Part shown: positions 1 to 11,799 of the stretch, piece by piece
Numbering within the stretch: the first letter of the stretch is position 1
How the letters are laid out: each line of letters begins with the position of its first letter
Assembly: GCF_018350175.1 (NCBI RefSeq)
Contig: NC_058368.1
Span: 172,486,001-172,550,000, forward strand
Origin: Felis catus
Lineage: Eukaryota
DNA length: 64,000 nucleotides
Direction: 5' to 3'
Translations under genes and position numbers: made by a program
Notes under the pieces: generated by a model
What the model was told of the DNA's origin: nothing
What the model saw: only the letters and a program-made list of their open reading frames with translations
Database searches by the model: none

Positions 1-491
1 CTTAGTGGAGACCTCTATAATAAATAAATTAACAAGAGGAAAAGAACCAAAAGTTTATTAACATGTATACAATGGAGATGCCCAGAAAAAATGAATACCT
101 CCCTGAGGTGGCTTAGAATTCAGGATTAAATACTATCTTAATAGGGAAAGGGTAGGGGGATATAGGACTCTCAGGGGGAGAGTAAACTACTTTTAGGAAA
201 GATGAATGGACTCTTAGAAGAATAGATGGAAGGAATGGCAGTTTGTGATCAAGTTTGGGTGTGGGGTCAAATTCTAGTCTTCTCTCCTGTAATAGGAGTC
301 AATTTGCTCTAGTTGATGAACTTCTGGGAGGGGATCAATTTGAGTTCCTTTTGGAGAAACTCCTTTAGTCAGATAAAGGGAGTTCAGAGAAAGTCTCTCC
401 CTGAACTTGCTGTTTTTTCAAGGCCTAAAGCTCAAAATAATCAAAATACCAAAGTGGCACATCTGGAGGTGACATGTCCTTAACTCTGACA
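1..491 (-). mobile_element. ERV1-class LTR (MER34/MER39-like), 5' part; runs off the window
   Basis: Minus strand begins TGtcagagttaaggacatgtcacctccagatgtgccactttggtattttgattattttgag, a typical ERV1 LTR start (recalled motif). Confidence 0.55.
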
Positions 492-527
492 CTCATATTT
501 TGGGGTGGCATTTTCTATTCTCCTTCA
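492..527 (-). mobile_element. 5' end of a second, related ERV1 LTR
   Basis: Minus strand reads TGaaggagaatagaaaatgccaccccaaaatatgag. Confidence 0.45.
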
Positions 528-1168
528 TTTGTAAACAGTAAGCCCAACAAAGCTCCATCTCCTGTAGCATGAGATGGCTTGTAAGGGGCTCTAATAGGAC
601 TTTGAAAGGGCCACCAGTAATCTTTCTGTTCCAAAATGTTGACAACGTCTTGACAGTTTTCACACCCCTTGATTCTAAAACACCAAGGCAGCTGATCCAA
701 ACAAGAGGGAGATAGGATATGGATGGTGGCAGCTGAAAAGTATTAAAAAACCTCAGTATCCCATACTTGGAATAAAGAAAAGGGAAACAAATCAAAAGTT
801 AGCATGAAACATGAGACGTTGGTCAAGTGGTTAAACCAAAAAGGCAACTCTTATCTGTCTCACCACTACTTATTATTTCCTTATTTACTGATAAATTCCT
901 TATTTATTTACATACATTTTGAAAATTTTTCTGTATTGGCTGAAATAAGTGGATTTGGAGTATTCTTCAAAGTAATATAACTCTGAACTCTACATCAAAT
1001 AAAGTTGAGTTAATAGTGAATTATATTAATAATTATGACCATATAGAAGATTTGCATGATAATGGACAGCATTTTAACTCAACTTCCAACACCTGTATGT
1101 TATCACCAAAGAAAAAAAAAGCTGCTTGGACTGTTGGATAAAGAGAGTAGCAAAACTTGTTATGTCCA

Positions 1169-1377
1169 TTTTTTTTAATGTTTATTTATTTATTTTGAGA
1201 GAGAGAGAGAGAGAGCGGTCATGCATGCACACACTCGCATGAGTGGGGGAGTGGCAGAGAGAGGGAGGGAGAGAATCCTGACTCTCGGCTCAAACTCAAA
1301 CTCATGAACCGTGAGATCACGACCTGGGCGGGAATCCAGAGTCAGATGCTTAACTGACTGAGCCACCCAGGAGACCC
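1169..1377 (-). mobile_element. CanSINE, internally deleted
   Basis: Poly-T, (GA)n, and tRNA-derived head gagccacccaggagaccc. Confidence 0.85.
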
Positions 1378-2217
1378 GTTACTCCCGTTTTTTAAATTCA
1401 CTAATTGTATTTGCACAACTCATAACTGTCTTTTTTTTTTCTCCTTTAAAAATGTAAATCACAGCAGACACTGACACAATGCATAGCTCACTAGACTTCT
1501 AACACAGGGGAAAATGTAAACCACTTTTGCAAAAAGACTTTAAGCATGAAATTAAATCTTTAAAACGGGCAAATTTGAAGCCAAATTGTCCAAAGGATTC
1601 TAAAGGAAGCTGGCCTTGGACAACAGGATGCACAGAATTACTCCATCTGCATCAAAATGAGGCAACTCTGCTTATAATGTCATCATTTGAAATATTAGGG
1701 GAAACTCATGAAACAGCGATAGCTGGCTTTTCAAATAACAAACAACACAAAGCCAACTGGATTATTTGCCTCTCCATATAACCCACTAATTTGTCTATTT
1801 ACTCTAATTCAGCTTCAATCATTTGGAAATAAATGGTTCAAGATTCTGATAAGTTTCTATCAACCCTATATTCTAGACACTTCTGTAGCTCCTCTCAGAA
1901 ATCCAATATTTTATTTGTACTGTCCCAATTCTCTGAAAACCTAAAGGGTGATAAGCTTGCCCTGTGCTGAAGAATCTCTTATTCTTTGATTCTGAGCAAT
2001 CACTCAGAGCCCAGAAGAGGGTGCTCACAGAACAATCTGCTTGCTTTAACCACAGCCAGGATACATCCTCTCGACCAAAGGTTTCAATATGGTAATCCCA
2101 AATTAGGCAAGAACCATAATGATCATAGCATCTTAAAATTACAAAAGGAGAAATGGAAAGTTCCCTAAATTAAAAGCAATTCAGGGATACCTAAACAAAA
2201 CTGGTGAAGACCTTCTA

Positions 2218-2285
2218 TTTTTTTATTTTTTTAAAGTTTGTTCATTTATTTTGAAAGAGAGAGAAAGCATGAGCTGAGGAGGGGC

Positions 2286-2318
<33 letters not shown>

Positions 2319-2439
2319 ATCCCAAGCAGGTTCTGTACTGTCATCACAGAGCCTGACATGGGGCCCTAACCCATGAACCACGAGATCATGACCTGAGCCA
2401 AAGTTGGACACTTAACTGATGGAGACACTCAAGCACCCC
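2218..2439 (-). mobile_element. CanSINE
   Basis: Full SINE structure; TSD tgaagacctt. Confidence 0.9.
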
Positions 2440-2720
2440 TGAAGACCTTTTAAATGAGGGAATATGGGGAGACAAATGATGACTTTAACTTTTCATTAAA
2501 TTTCTGTATTGATTCAAACACTTTATATCTTGTGCATGACTTCTTTTATAGTATAATTACTTTTCATTAACATCAATTAGTTAATGTCTTTATTAATAAA
2601 AATTAATAAAGCTGATAATGAATATTTGAAACAAGTAGCGTGGCTGAAAGAATATCAAGAAGTTGGTATTTTCTTGAGAGGTTTATCAGTATTGTAGCTA
2701 GAAAATAAAACTTCAGTTAT

Positions 2721-2822
2721 GTTTTTTATTTTAAGTAGGCACCATGCCCCACATGGGGCTTGAGCTCACGACTCTGAGATCAAGAGTCACACGCTCTACC
2801 AAGTGAGCCAGGCAGGTGCTCC
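2721..2822 (-). mobile_element. Short CanSINE variant lacking the CT tract
   Basis: ttttaagtaggcaccatgccc...gagccaggcaggtgctcc. Confidence 0.8.
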
Positions 2823-2999
2823 TGTTCTATGTCCTATACTTAAATATGTCACTACTCAGAACCTAAAGCATCACGATTAATACCCTCTTCCCTGAAATAC
2901 AAATCTTTGGAGAGAAAATCCATCAGAGAACAGATGGTACCCCTTTCCCATTGCCTCTCTTCTTTACTAAACTCCCCGAGGGTCTCATCTTGCTTTGCT

Positions 3000-3656
3000 G
3001 ATAGCCATATGAATTAGGTTTACACGGTACTGGGAGTTTCGCCTCTGGCCTGTGGTAGCTTGGTGCTAAGTCAATTTAGCTAACCTGGAATGTTTCCCAG
3101 AGTTTGTTTTTTTTTCCTGTGTGATTCTTTATGGCCACAAGAGACATTCTGTGTGAAATCCAGAAGGTAGAAGTGAAGAAGTCATATTTTTTATGCCCTG
3201 GACATTATTGTTAATCTGCCGCTAACTTACTGGTGTATCAGGCTTGTAGCAGCTCCAGGTCCCCCGGGTCTCCTCTTCCTGCTTCTCTGAGTCCTGGGCC
3301 AGGTATGTGTGCAGCTCCATGATAATGGGTGCCAACTTCCCCTGCAGGGTCACCCACAGCATTGGGGTTGGTCATAGTAAGAGATAGAAGTGGGTTCCAG
3401 TGTCTCCTTATGGGTTCCAAGTTGTCCTCATGCATGCTGGCTTGTCTTTGCCTCCTCTACACCCAGCTTTCCTTCTGGTGTGCTGATCTGACACACTTAG
3501 AGTAACTTCAGGCTCAACCCTAGACATAGAGTCAACAGCCTGCACAGATCACTCCATCAGCTCCCACATTCGTGTAAAATCTACCCCTTGTAATAAATCC
3601 CTTATTCTATGTCAAGTGCAGCCATCTGCTTCTCAGATGAAACTCTAACTGCTATA
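3000..3656 (+). mobile_element. Degenerate ERVL-type LTR relic(s)
   Basis: 3' end taataaatcc...tctgcttctcagatgaaactctaactgctata resembles ERVL LTR termini; the 5' boundary is uncertain. Confidence 0.4.
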
Positions 3657-3869
3657 AGCTTCTATGTACATCACCATCTTGTTGCCTTTGCATTTTGAAT
3701 AGTGTGTTGAGCCTCAAACTCATAACATCCACTGTCTTCGGTAGAAGGCAAAGACAGGTGGTATTTGGTTGTAGGAGAAAAGGAAGGGATGCTTAGAATG
3801 GTAAAAGTTTGTAGAGTAAGCTCCCAGAAGCTTTTCAACACTAAAAATGCCTGTTCCAGTTACTGATTT

Positions 3870-4515
3870 CCTCTCATCTCCAAATCCATCTTTCCTTGCC
3901 TTGCTTTGTGATGCTGAACCTGACCCTGTAAACATTTATTCCATAAGAAGCACTGGAGGGACACTGGAGGAAGAAGGGAATTCTCATCCTGGTTTTGTGG
4001 TACTCTTCTCCCCTGCTTGCTCTTGGGGTGGATGGAGGCCAGAAGTGCACGGACATCCAGTGGTGCTCACCCCTAATAAGTTTGATGGCACCATTTGGGG
4101 GACTTTCCAGTGGGTTTTGCCACCACTGCAGCAGGCAGCTTCCCAATGAATTCCTCTCGCACCTTGAGTGGCACCTTCTTAGTGATGCTCAGTGAGTCTG
4201 GCAGATGCCCAAATGGGTAGCTTCCAGCAAGTTTCCTACTTACTAGCCCCCTCCTGTAGCATCTCAGGGAATTTCTCTGCCATCCAGTGGTCTCCAGCCA
4301 CTCCCTTTCAATGGAGACAGGTGAAGAGAGGGCCCTCTTCTAAATTTGTTTCTTCCTTGAGCACCACGCCTCAGCCTTAGAGGGAGTGGGTACTGTTTAC
4401 ACGTGCTACTCATGTGTTCATTAGGATTTTCTTTACTCCTTAGTAGGTAATCTGCTACTAGTTAATAATTTTTATGTCAGACTTCCCCCGTGTGAATTAC
4501 TGTGTGCTTTTTGGA
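3870..4515 (+). mobile_element. ERVL LTR relic (LTR33-like)
   Basis: Terminal motif agttaataatttttatgtcagacttcccccgtgtgaattactgtgtg. Confidence 0.45.
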
Positions 4516-5096
4516 TGCTTGATAAAATGTCTTTTGCTCTTAGTAGCTATTAAAGAAATAAAACTTAATCTTATTAGTTCAGGATTTGTTTTAGAAGGAA
4601 CATAAATTATGTGTAATGTGAGTGCATAAGAGAAGGGATCACCCAGGTGTGCAGTTTAGAAAAGCTATTTGCTTTCTCTGGCCACCTCTACGAGGTGATC
4701 CTCAAAATGGGATCCATGATTCCCTGTGAACAGACCCCAAGTCCACTATTGCTGTGAAGCAAACCACCCTAAAAATAATGGTTAAAACCATAATCATTTA
4801 TTATTTCTCACGTTTGTCAGGAAGACTCCAAAGTCACACAACAAATGGTGAAGATACAGGAAAGGGTGAAGAATCAAGGCTCAAAAATGCACCCTACCAC
4901 AGGGTCCAGGGATATTACCAAAGGTCTGCAAGTTTAAACGGTATTTTGAAATTTGCAATTCAGTGAGAAAATAAATAATGTGACATTGTGATAATGAAGT
5001 CACAGAACTTCAGTGCCTGCATTTGCATTATGGTCCTATTCTCACCAAGGAATCGCCTTAAGGGAGCGTGTACCTCTTTGTTTGTGGAGTTATAGT

Positions 5097-5097
5097 T

Positions 5098-5160
<63 letters not shown>
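5097..5160. repeat. (TTTC)n tetranucleotide microsatellite
   Basis: Read directly. Confidence 0.95.
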
Positions 5161-5253
5161 CTCTGTTTCTCTCTCCCCTTCTTTTTTTACTTATTCACTG
5201 TAGTCCAATGAACAGTCACCATTTTTATTATGTTTGTCATAAGCTTTTTATTG

Positions 5254-5277
5254 AAAAAAAATTTTAAGTTTATTTAT

Positions 5278-5329
<52 letters not shown>

Positions 5330-5482
5330 GCAGGGAGGGGCAGAGATGGAGAGAGAGAATCCCAAGCAGACTCTTCACCCTCAGCACAGAGCCCAATGTG
5401 GGGCTCGAACTCATGAACCTCGAGAAGATGATCTGTGTGGAAATCAAGAGTCGGATGCTCAACTGAGCCACCCAGGCGCCCC
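5254..5482 (-). mobile_element. CanSINE with long (GA)n
   Basis: TSD tgtca(t/c)aagctttt. Confidence 0.9.
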
Positions 5483-5569
5483 TGTCACAAGCTTTTATAC
5501 ACATAAAACATGTATATGAGAAGTGTACAAACTGTAAGGGTATACTTCATGAATTTTAGTAAAATGAAC

Positions 5570-5910
5570 ACTTCTGTATGTTATAGGCTTACAGAAAAGT
5601 TGCAAAGATAGTTCTCATATACCTCATACCCTGTTTCTGCCATTATTAACACCTTACATTATTATGTCACAATTAATGAACAAATATGGACACACTATTA
5701 TTAACTAAAACCCATAATTTATACAGGTTCCTTAGTGTTTTACCTAATGTCCCATCAGGGTGCCATATTACATTTAATTGCCATATCTTCTCAGGCTCCT
5801 CTGAGCTGTGAGAGTTTCTTTTTCTGAGACTTTCCTTGCCTCTGATATCCTTGACAGTTTTGAGGAGTACTGGTCAGGTATTTTATACAATGCCCTTTTA
5901 ATTGGGATCT
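5570..5910 (-). mobile_element. Old L1 (L1MC-like) 3' UTR fragment
   Basis: acagaaaagttgcaaagatag...ttgacagttttgaggagtactggtcaggtatttt motifs. Confidence 0.55.
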
Positions 5911-6250
5911 AAGAACTGTATTTTAGTTATTGCTGGAATATTTAGAATTGTTAGCTCCTTTGAACATGTCACCAAAAGTGTCGGAATCAGAAAAGTATCT
6001 CAAACACAAAAAGTTTGAAAATCAGTTGTCTACATCAAAGCAGACTATAAGTATACATAAGTGAAGTTGTCAAGATGTCTATTCTACCATTCAAACTTCA
6101 ATTTCAAAAAGCAATGTAGGTTTGCAGACCATTCTCACAGTGTTTGGTTAGTAATCTTAATTTATAAGCCATCTGCCTGTCACCCAAAACAGCCCAGACT
6201 ATCAGCCACCCACCTGCATTCCCCTGCTCTAACATCACATGGAAGATGTT

Positions 6251-6292
6251 CCGAAGTCAGACGCTGAACTCACTGAGCCACCCAGGTGCCCC
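6251..6292 (-). mobile_element. CanSINE 5' head only
   Basis: ccgaagtcagacgctgaactcactgagccacccaggtgcccc, with no body or tail. Confidence 0.8.
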
Positions 6293-6682
6293 AACAGAAA
6301 ATGCTTTTAAAGTACAAGCAGAAACAATAATCAAACTTTCAATGAAATATTTCCCTCTTTGCATTTTAAAGGATTAACATCCAAATTAGGGAGCAGAAAG
6401 GATTACATCCTATCAATTTGCACGCTGGTCATGGAAAAGCTGTTGTCAATACTCTAGTAATTAAATCCATGCAAGTTACAGACTTCATTGAAAAGCCTTT
6501 GACAAGAGTGAAGTCACTGATCACAAGTGTTTGTGGAGCACTTAACATTATTGGCAATGCTGTAAACGGTATATGGTTGTTTAGCTTCATAAGAAAGATA
6601 ATACCAGAGCTCAAAATTAAAATACCTGTATTGGAATACATACAGGCCTAAAGATGTGTCTTATGAACCAGAAAGTACTCAC

Positions 6683-6897
6683 TGTGTTGGCCAGCTCCAG
6701 ATAGCTTCCTCCTACAGAGCTGCCAAAATGCCGTGACTGTGTGAGCAGTTTGTGGAGGGCAGCAGCCTGCTGATGCAAAGAGCGTCCGCCACACTCGAGA
6801 AGCTTCTGCAGGGCCCACTGACTCTGCAAGTCCGGGCTCTGGAGGTCCCTGGCACCGGAGTCATACTCCCAGCTCTCCCTGGCTGCTGACAGGGCAC
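6683..6897 (-). CDS. MCC: MCC internal coding exon (probably exon 3 of the long isoform)
   Basis: Translates to (G)ALSAARESWEYDSGARDLQSPDLQSQWALQKLLECGGRSLHQQAAALHKLLTQSRHFGSSVGGSYLELANT. Acceptor tctttttatttcccctgcctctcctggacgtag|GT completes the Gly codon (G+GT) from the previous exon; donor ACA|gtgagt (phase 0); 215 nt. Confidence 0.95.
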
Positions 6898-6947
6898 CTA
6901 CGTCCAGGAGAGGCAGGGGAAATAAAAAGATATTTCCTTCATTAGTC
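6898..6947 (-). promoter_or_regulatory. Branch point, polypyrimidine tract and 3' splice site
   Basis: Minus strand reads gactaat (6947-6941), then a pyrimidine-rich tract ending in cgtag. Confidence 0.65.
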
Positions 6948-7222
6948 TCTGGGTGGCCAATAAGCAATGATTTGGAACCCCCTAAGCCTTCCACGTGCCA
7001 GCATGTCAGAATACACGCGGTGCCCAGACTGCAGGCTAAGTGCTTTCTCTTTCAAATTGACACCCGGGGAGCCTGGAGATAAAAGTGGTTTTAGGCAAAT
7101 CATTCATAAATAACTATCCAATGACTTTGTGCCCCCCAAACAATTACTTAGCAAAAAAGCACCAGAGAGCCAAGAAAAGGGAATCCGGAGCAAAGCCACC
7201 TCTGTCTGTGATCAGCCTTCTT

Positions 7223-7457
7223 TTTAAAAAAAAAAAAAATTTTTTTTGAGCATTTATTTATTGTTGAGAGACAGAGAGAGATGCAGAGTGTGAGCAGGGA
7301 AGGGGCAGAGAGAGAGAGGGAGACACTGAATCTGAAGCAAGCTCCAGGCTCTGGGCTGTCAGCACAGAGCCCGATGTGGGGCTTGAACTCACGAACTGTG
7401 AGATCATGACCTGAGCTGAAGTCAGACGCTTAACCGACTGAGCCACCCTGGTGCCCC
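7223..7457 (-). mobile_element. CanSINE (SINEC_Fc type)
   Basis: 18-bp TSD tctgtgatcagccttctt at 7205-7222 and 7458-7475. Confidence 0.95.
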
Positions 7458-7559
7458 TCTGTGATCAGCCTTCTTACTGTAAACCTTTTCTCCTGGTTGA
7501 GGAAGAAGGGAGCAAGTGAGAAGACAAAAAGTTAAGGTATGGCACTTTATCATGATTTT

Positions 7560-7955
7560 CTCTCTCCTGGAAGTAGCTACAGGAAGCTGAACTGTGTTTG
7601 CCAGTTAGGTGTGGCCATGCAGCTGAGTCCTGAGCAGAAGGTGAGCAGAAGTGACAAGCATCGCTTCAGGGCCCGGCTCCCAAAACCACCGGCGTGCGAC
7701 TCTCCATGCCCTTTGCCTTCCGGCCTGGTGCAAATGGCCAGGCACCCTTGGAAGCCATGTGGTACAGATGGTGAGGCCGTAAGATGGACGATGCCCGAGT
7801 CCCTGAATTATCTCTGGCAGCAGGGCTGGCTGCCCATCTCAGGCACCCTGCTTCGACTTCATGTGATTAGGAAAGGGAAATTCCTTTGGTGTTTGAGTCA
7901 CGGCATATTTTTTATTTGTTTCTCAGAACAGTTAGTATGACCTTAACTGTTACAA
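7560..7955 (+). mobile_element. MaLR LTR relic (MLT1-like)
   Basis: agttaggtgtggccatg...ggaagccatgt...gttagtatgaccttaact motifs. Confidence 0.5.
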
Positions 7956-8692
7956 CAGATTTAAACCTAATAAAAGATGCTAATAATTACGATACAATGA
8001 CAAAGTAGACCTGGAAAGGGGTGAGGATATTCAGAGAAAGCTTTCTGGAGGAGAAAGCCTGATGCTTCAATTGTCCCCTTGGCTAGAAAAATTAGATTTG
8101 GGGCAAAGCGCTCTTCTTTGTGTTGCTCACTTCTGAACAGAAGACCCTTGGGTGCAGCTGGCTGGTAGAGTCTGGGTCACGTGCCTCTGTCTCAGCTGCA
8201 AGGGAGGCTGGGAAATTTGTTTCCTGGCTTCTACTCTGGGGAGGCAGGGTTTGTAAGGTGAGACCTTTCCTAAACATAGGAGTGATTCAAAATGCCTGGG
8301 CAGATAGAAAACATGACAAAGGTCTATACACAGGCACTGTGCCCGGTACTGGGGATGAAGCAGTGAGCGCAACAAACTGTTGTTCCTGCCCGTAAAGTTT
8401 TCATATTGGTGCATCTTCAATACGTGACTTTTAATGGCAAAAAGAGGGGGACTCATTAAAATGATTTAATTTGTACTATGAAATGAGAACATATACAGAT
8501 TACTCTATAATTTATTTGAGTGTAATTACATATAGCAAACTACAAATTATTTTCATTGGTTTCTGATATAAACATCCAATCTTCCCTTAATAGGTATTGG
8601 TGAGTTTAATCAATGTGATTGGGTAAACTGTCTTTGTCTGGAACCACCCCTATGGTTCATGTTCTGATCTTCTTCAGTCAGTTTGACCAACA

Positions 8693-8694
<2 letters not shown>

Positions 8695-8747
<53 letters not shown>

Positions 8748-8788
8748 GTAGGCTCCATGCCCAGCATGGACACTGACCCAGACGCCCC
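8695..8788 (-). mobile_element. Internally deleted short CanSINE whose tail is a (CT)n microsatellite
   Basis: (CT)n followed by ttttaagtaggctccatgcccagc...cagacgcccc; flanked by gacc(c)aacact. Confidence 0.7.
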
Positions 8789-9658
8789 AGACCCAACACT
8801 TCTTTTGTACAGTGCTGTATGGCTGGAGAGACAGTCTTTGTATCAAAGCAGACCATCAAAGCAATCACTACGTTTGCAATTGTTTAAAGTTTCTTTTAAT
8901 ATTAAACTCTATCAGCTGTATTGCAAGGACAGTTTTGTTTTCCTTCAACATAGACTGCAATAGGCCTGCCCTCCCTCCGCCTGCTCCTCTGAGTGATTGC
9001 TGCCATTTGTCTAGCGCCTCTCATTCTCTGTCCCAGCCCAGCAGCATGTGGCAAGAGGACTGACAGAGGTCAGAGCTGAAAAGTGGGTTGAATCACAGAG
9101 GGCCTTCTATCTCCTATATAAACAAGCATGGGCATGGACCCTTGCCTTTATGTTCCACCACAGGACCCAGTACCTTGCACACACACAGCCTGAGACAGCA
9201 GGCATTTAATATACATTTAGTGAGTGGATGGCTGAATTATCCATGGTTGTGGTACCATAGGGTTTCACTTATTAACAGGAAAAGCAACATGGAGATTAAT
9301 TTTTAAAATCAAAATAAATTATACACTTAAACTTTATCTCTATGCAAACAGGGAGCCTCATTTTCAAATAATAAAATACAGCAGTTGTGGGATAAGACGG
9401 CCCAAGGAAGCTTCATTTGAATTTATGATGCTGTACTAACAGACCTAAACCCAGTTTCTGACAGAGTCATATAATCAGGTTAGCCAAGCTCCATGTTAAT
9501 CAGCAAGATCAAAAGGCCCTCACACTATTACCATAACAATTTTTGCTGAAGTGATGCTGAGGAACTCAGGTCTTCTGCTAAGAAGTGAAGTCAATCACAT
9601 TAGCATCCACATAAATGGACCCCAGAAAAGGAAGTGCACATTTAAAATACAGTACACA

Positions 9659-9876
9659 GGGCGTCTGGGTGTCTCAGTCGGTTGAGCTTCTGACTTCGGC
9701 TCAGGTCATGATCTCACGGTCTGTGAGTTCAAGCCCCACGTCAGGCTCTGTGCTGACAGCTCAGAGCCTGGAGCCTGCTTCAGATTCTGTGTCTCCCTCT
9801 CTTTCTGCCCCTCCCCCGTTCATGCTCTGTCTCTCTATGTCTCAAAAATAAACATTAAAAAAAATTTTTTTTAAAT
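9659..9876 (+). mobile_element. CanSINE
   Basis: TSD taaaatacagtacac. Confidence 0.95.
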
Positions 9877-10025
9877 AAAATACAGTACACTATTCCCATT
9901 ATTCTCTTTCAACCTGATTTTTCTGGATATAAAACCAACATTCTGGAGACAAAATTAGTAAATTGGGATGATCTCACTGAAAACCATCAACAGTGTAGGT
10001 CTGATAACTGTCTTCCTTCCCCCCC

Positions 10026-10214
10026 TTTTTTAAAATTCATTTATTTTTGAGAGGGGGAGAAAGGGGAGAGAGTGGGAGAGAGGGGGAGAGAGGATCCAAA
10101 GCAAGGCTCTGCACTCACAGCAGAGAGCCCGATGTGGGGCTCAAACTCACAAACTGTGAGATCATGACCTGAGCTGAAGTCAGATGCTTAACAAACTGAG
10201 CCACCCAGGCACCC
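10026..10214 (-). mobile_element. CanSINE
   Basis: SINE head and poly-T. Confidence 0.9.
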
Positions 10215-10399
10215 TCATCTTCCTTTTGCCCTTTGAAATATCATGATGCCTGATGTTTCCAGGCTCACACTCAGCCTCTTGTTGACCCCACTTCACTCCT
10301 TTGCTAACCTCAAGAAAAGCCTGTTGACCTCAGGGAGATGGCTGTGCTTCTTTTCCTTCACATGGATACCATTACAATTCTACTATCTCCCTGTGCTCA

Positions 10400-10578
10400 C
10401 CATGCTCTCTGGTCTCTTCTAATAAGGACACTGATGTCATCATGAGGGCACCATCATTCATGGCCTCGTCTGACCCTAATTACCTCCCAAAAGAAACATC
10501 TCCAAACCCCATTACACTGAGGAGTTAGGGCTTCAACCTATGAATTCCAGGGGAACACAAAGAGTCAGTCCACAACAA
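10400..10578 (-). mobile_element. MaLR LTR fragment (MLT1A/MST-like)
   Basis: ctaattacctcccaaa...gttagggcttcaacctatgaatt...cagtccacaaca. Confidence 0.65.
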
Positions 10579-10726
10579 CCAATGATGAGCTGCTGTCCGG
10601 GCCACTTAGGAAACCGACGGCATGGCATCCCTTTAAAGACCAAAGGCCAAACCACAGCCTGGGCCTAGAAGTCTCTGCACACACAGAATCAAAGAAGGCC
10701 ATCATTTCTGCCATGATAATTCTTTA

Positions 10727-10930
10727 AATTTTTTTTTAATGTTTATTTATTTCTGAGACAGAGCATGAGTGGAGGAGGGGCAGAGAGAGAGGGGGACACA
10801 GAATCCAAAGCAGGCTCCAGGCTCTGAGCTGTCAGCACAGAGCCCGATGCAGGGCTCGAACTCACAAACCGCAAGATCATGACCTGAGCCGAAGTCGGAT
10901 GCTCAACCGACTGAGCCACCCAGGCGCCCC
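10727..10930 (-). mobile_element. CanSINE
   Basis: TSD tgccatgataattcttta. Confidence 0.95.
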
Positions 10931-11333
10931 TGCCATGATAATTCTTTAGGGCAATCTGAAGTAAGGGATGAGGTGTATTCTTTTATTTTAAATGTTTAAA
11001 GGCGGCAGGCACATATTCTAAATGTTTCCCTGATCAGAAAAGCACAGAAAACAAGTGGCATTTTAACATGTTTATAAAATACATCATTGCAGAAACCCTG
11101 ATCTCAGAGAAATGATGAAACAGAAAACCTGCCACACATGAGACCTTTATTCTGCTAGGTACATGGCAGCTATGAGCCAGTGCTCTAATCCCACCTTCAA
11201 AGTGTCACCCAGCTTCGGGTCCGAGGCCTGCAAATACTGTGCCTATTCACCAAAGGCATTATGAGACCTTCCTAGTAGGCCAAACCCCCCATGAGGATAA
11301 GGCAGGACAAAGCATTTAAAACATCTAGAAGTT

Positions 11334-11431
11334 GGGTGCCTGGGTGGCTCAGTAGGTTAAGCATCTGACTCATGATTTGGGCTCAGGTCATGATCTTGCA
11401 GTTCCTGGGTTTGAGCCTGCTTGGGATTCTT

Positions 11432-11466
<35 letters not shown>

Positions 11467-11536
11467 GCCCCTCCCCTGCTTGCTCTCTCTCTCTCTCAAA
11501 ATAAATAAATAAGCTTCTTTTAAAAAATTAAGAAAA
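11334..11536 (+). mobile_element. CanSINE, internally deleted
   Basis: TSD aaaaca(t/c)ctagaagt. Confidence 0.9.
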
Positions 11537-11573
11537 AAACACCTAGAAGTCACCTTAAAGATAGTAACAATTT

Positions 11574-11793
11574 GGGGCGCCTGGGTGGCTCAGTCAGTTG
11601 AGCCTCCGACTTCAGCTCAGCTCAGGTCATGATCTTATGGTTCGTGAGTTTGAGCCCTGCGTCAGACTCTGTGCTGACAGCTCAGAGCCTGGAGCCTGCT
11701 TCAGATTCTGTGTCTCCCTCTCTCTCTGACCCACCCCCGTTGATGCTCTGTCTGTCCCAAAAATAAATAAACATTTAAAATTTTTTTTAAAAA
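11574..11793 (+). mobile_element. CanSINE
   Basis: Full structure, with a small gctca duplication in the head. Confidence 0.9.
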
Positions 11794-11799
11794 GCAACA

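Noticed and set aside
6418..6651. Overlapping ORFs on both strands just downstream of exon 3
   Set aside because: Short, no recognisable homology, and no convincing splice sites.
6893..6900. tag|GT at the exon 3 start as a possible recursive splice site
   Set aside because: GTGCCC is a poor donor, and the GT is simply the remainder of the Gly codon.
6898..6994. N-terminal extension of the 125-aa ORF
   Set aside because: It reads through the polypyrimidine tract and acceptor, so it is intronic.
9659..9740. tRNA-like A/B-box sequence (tggctcagtcggtt…gagttcgagccc)
   Set aside because: These are SINE heads derived from tRNA, followed by SINE body and tail; they are not tRNA genes.
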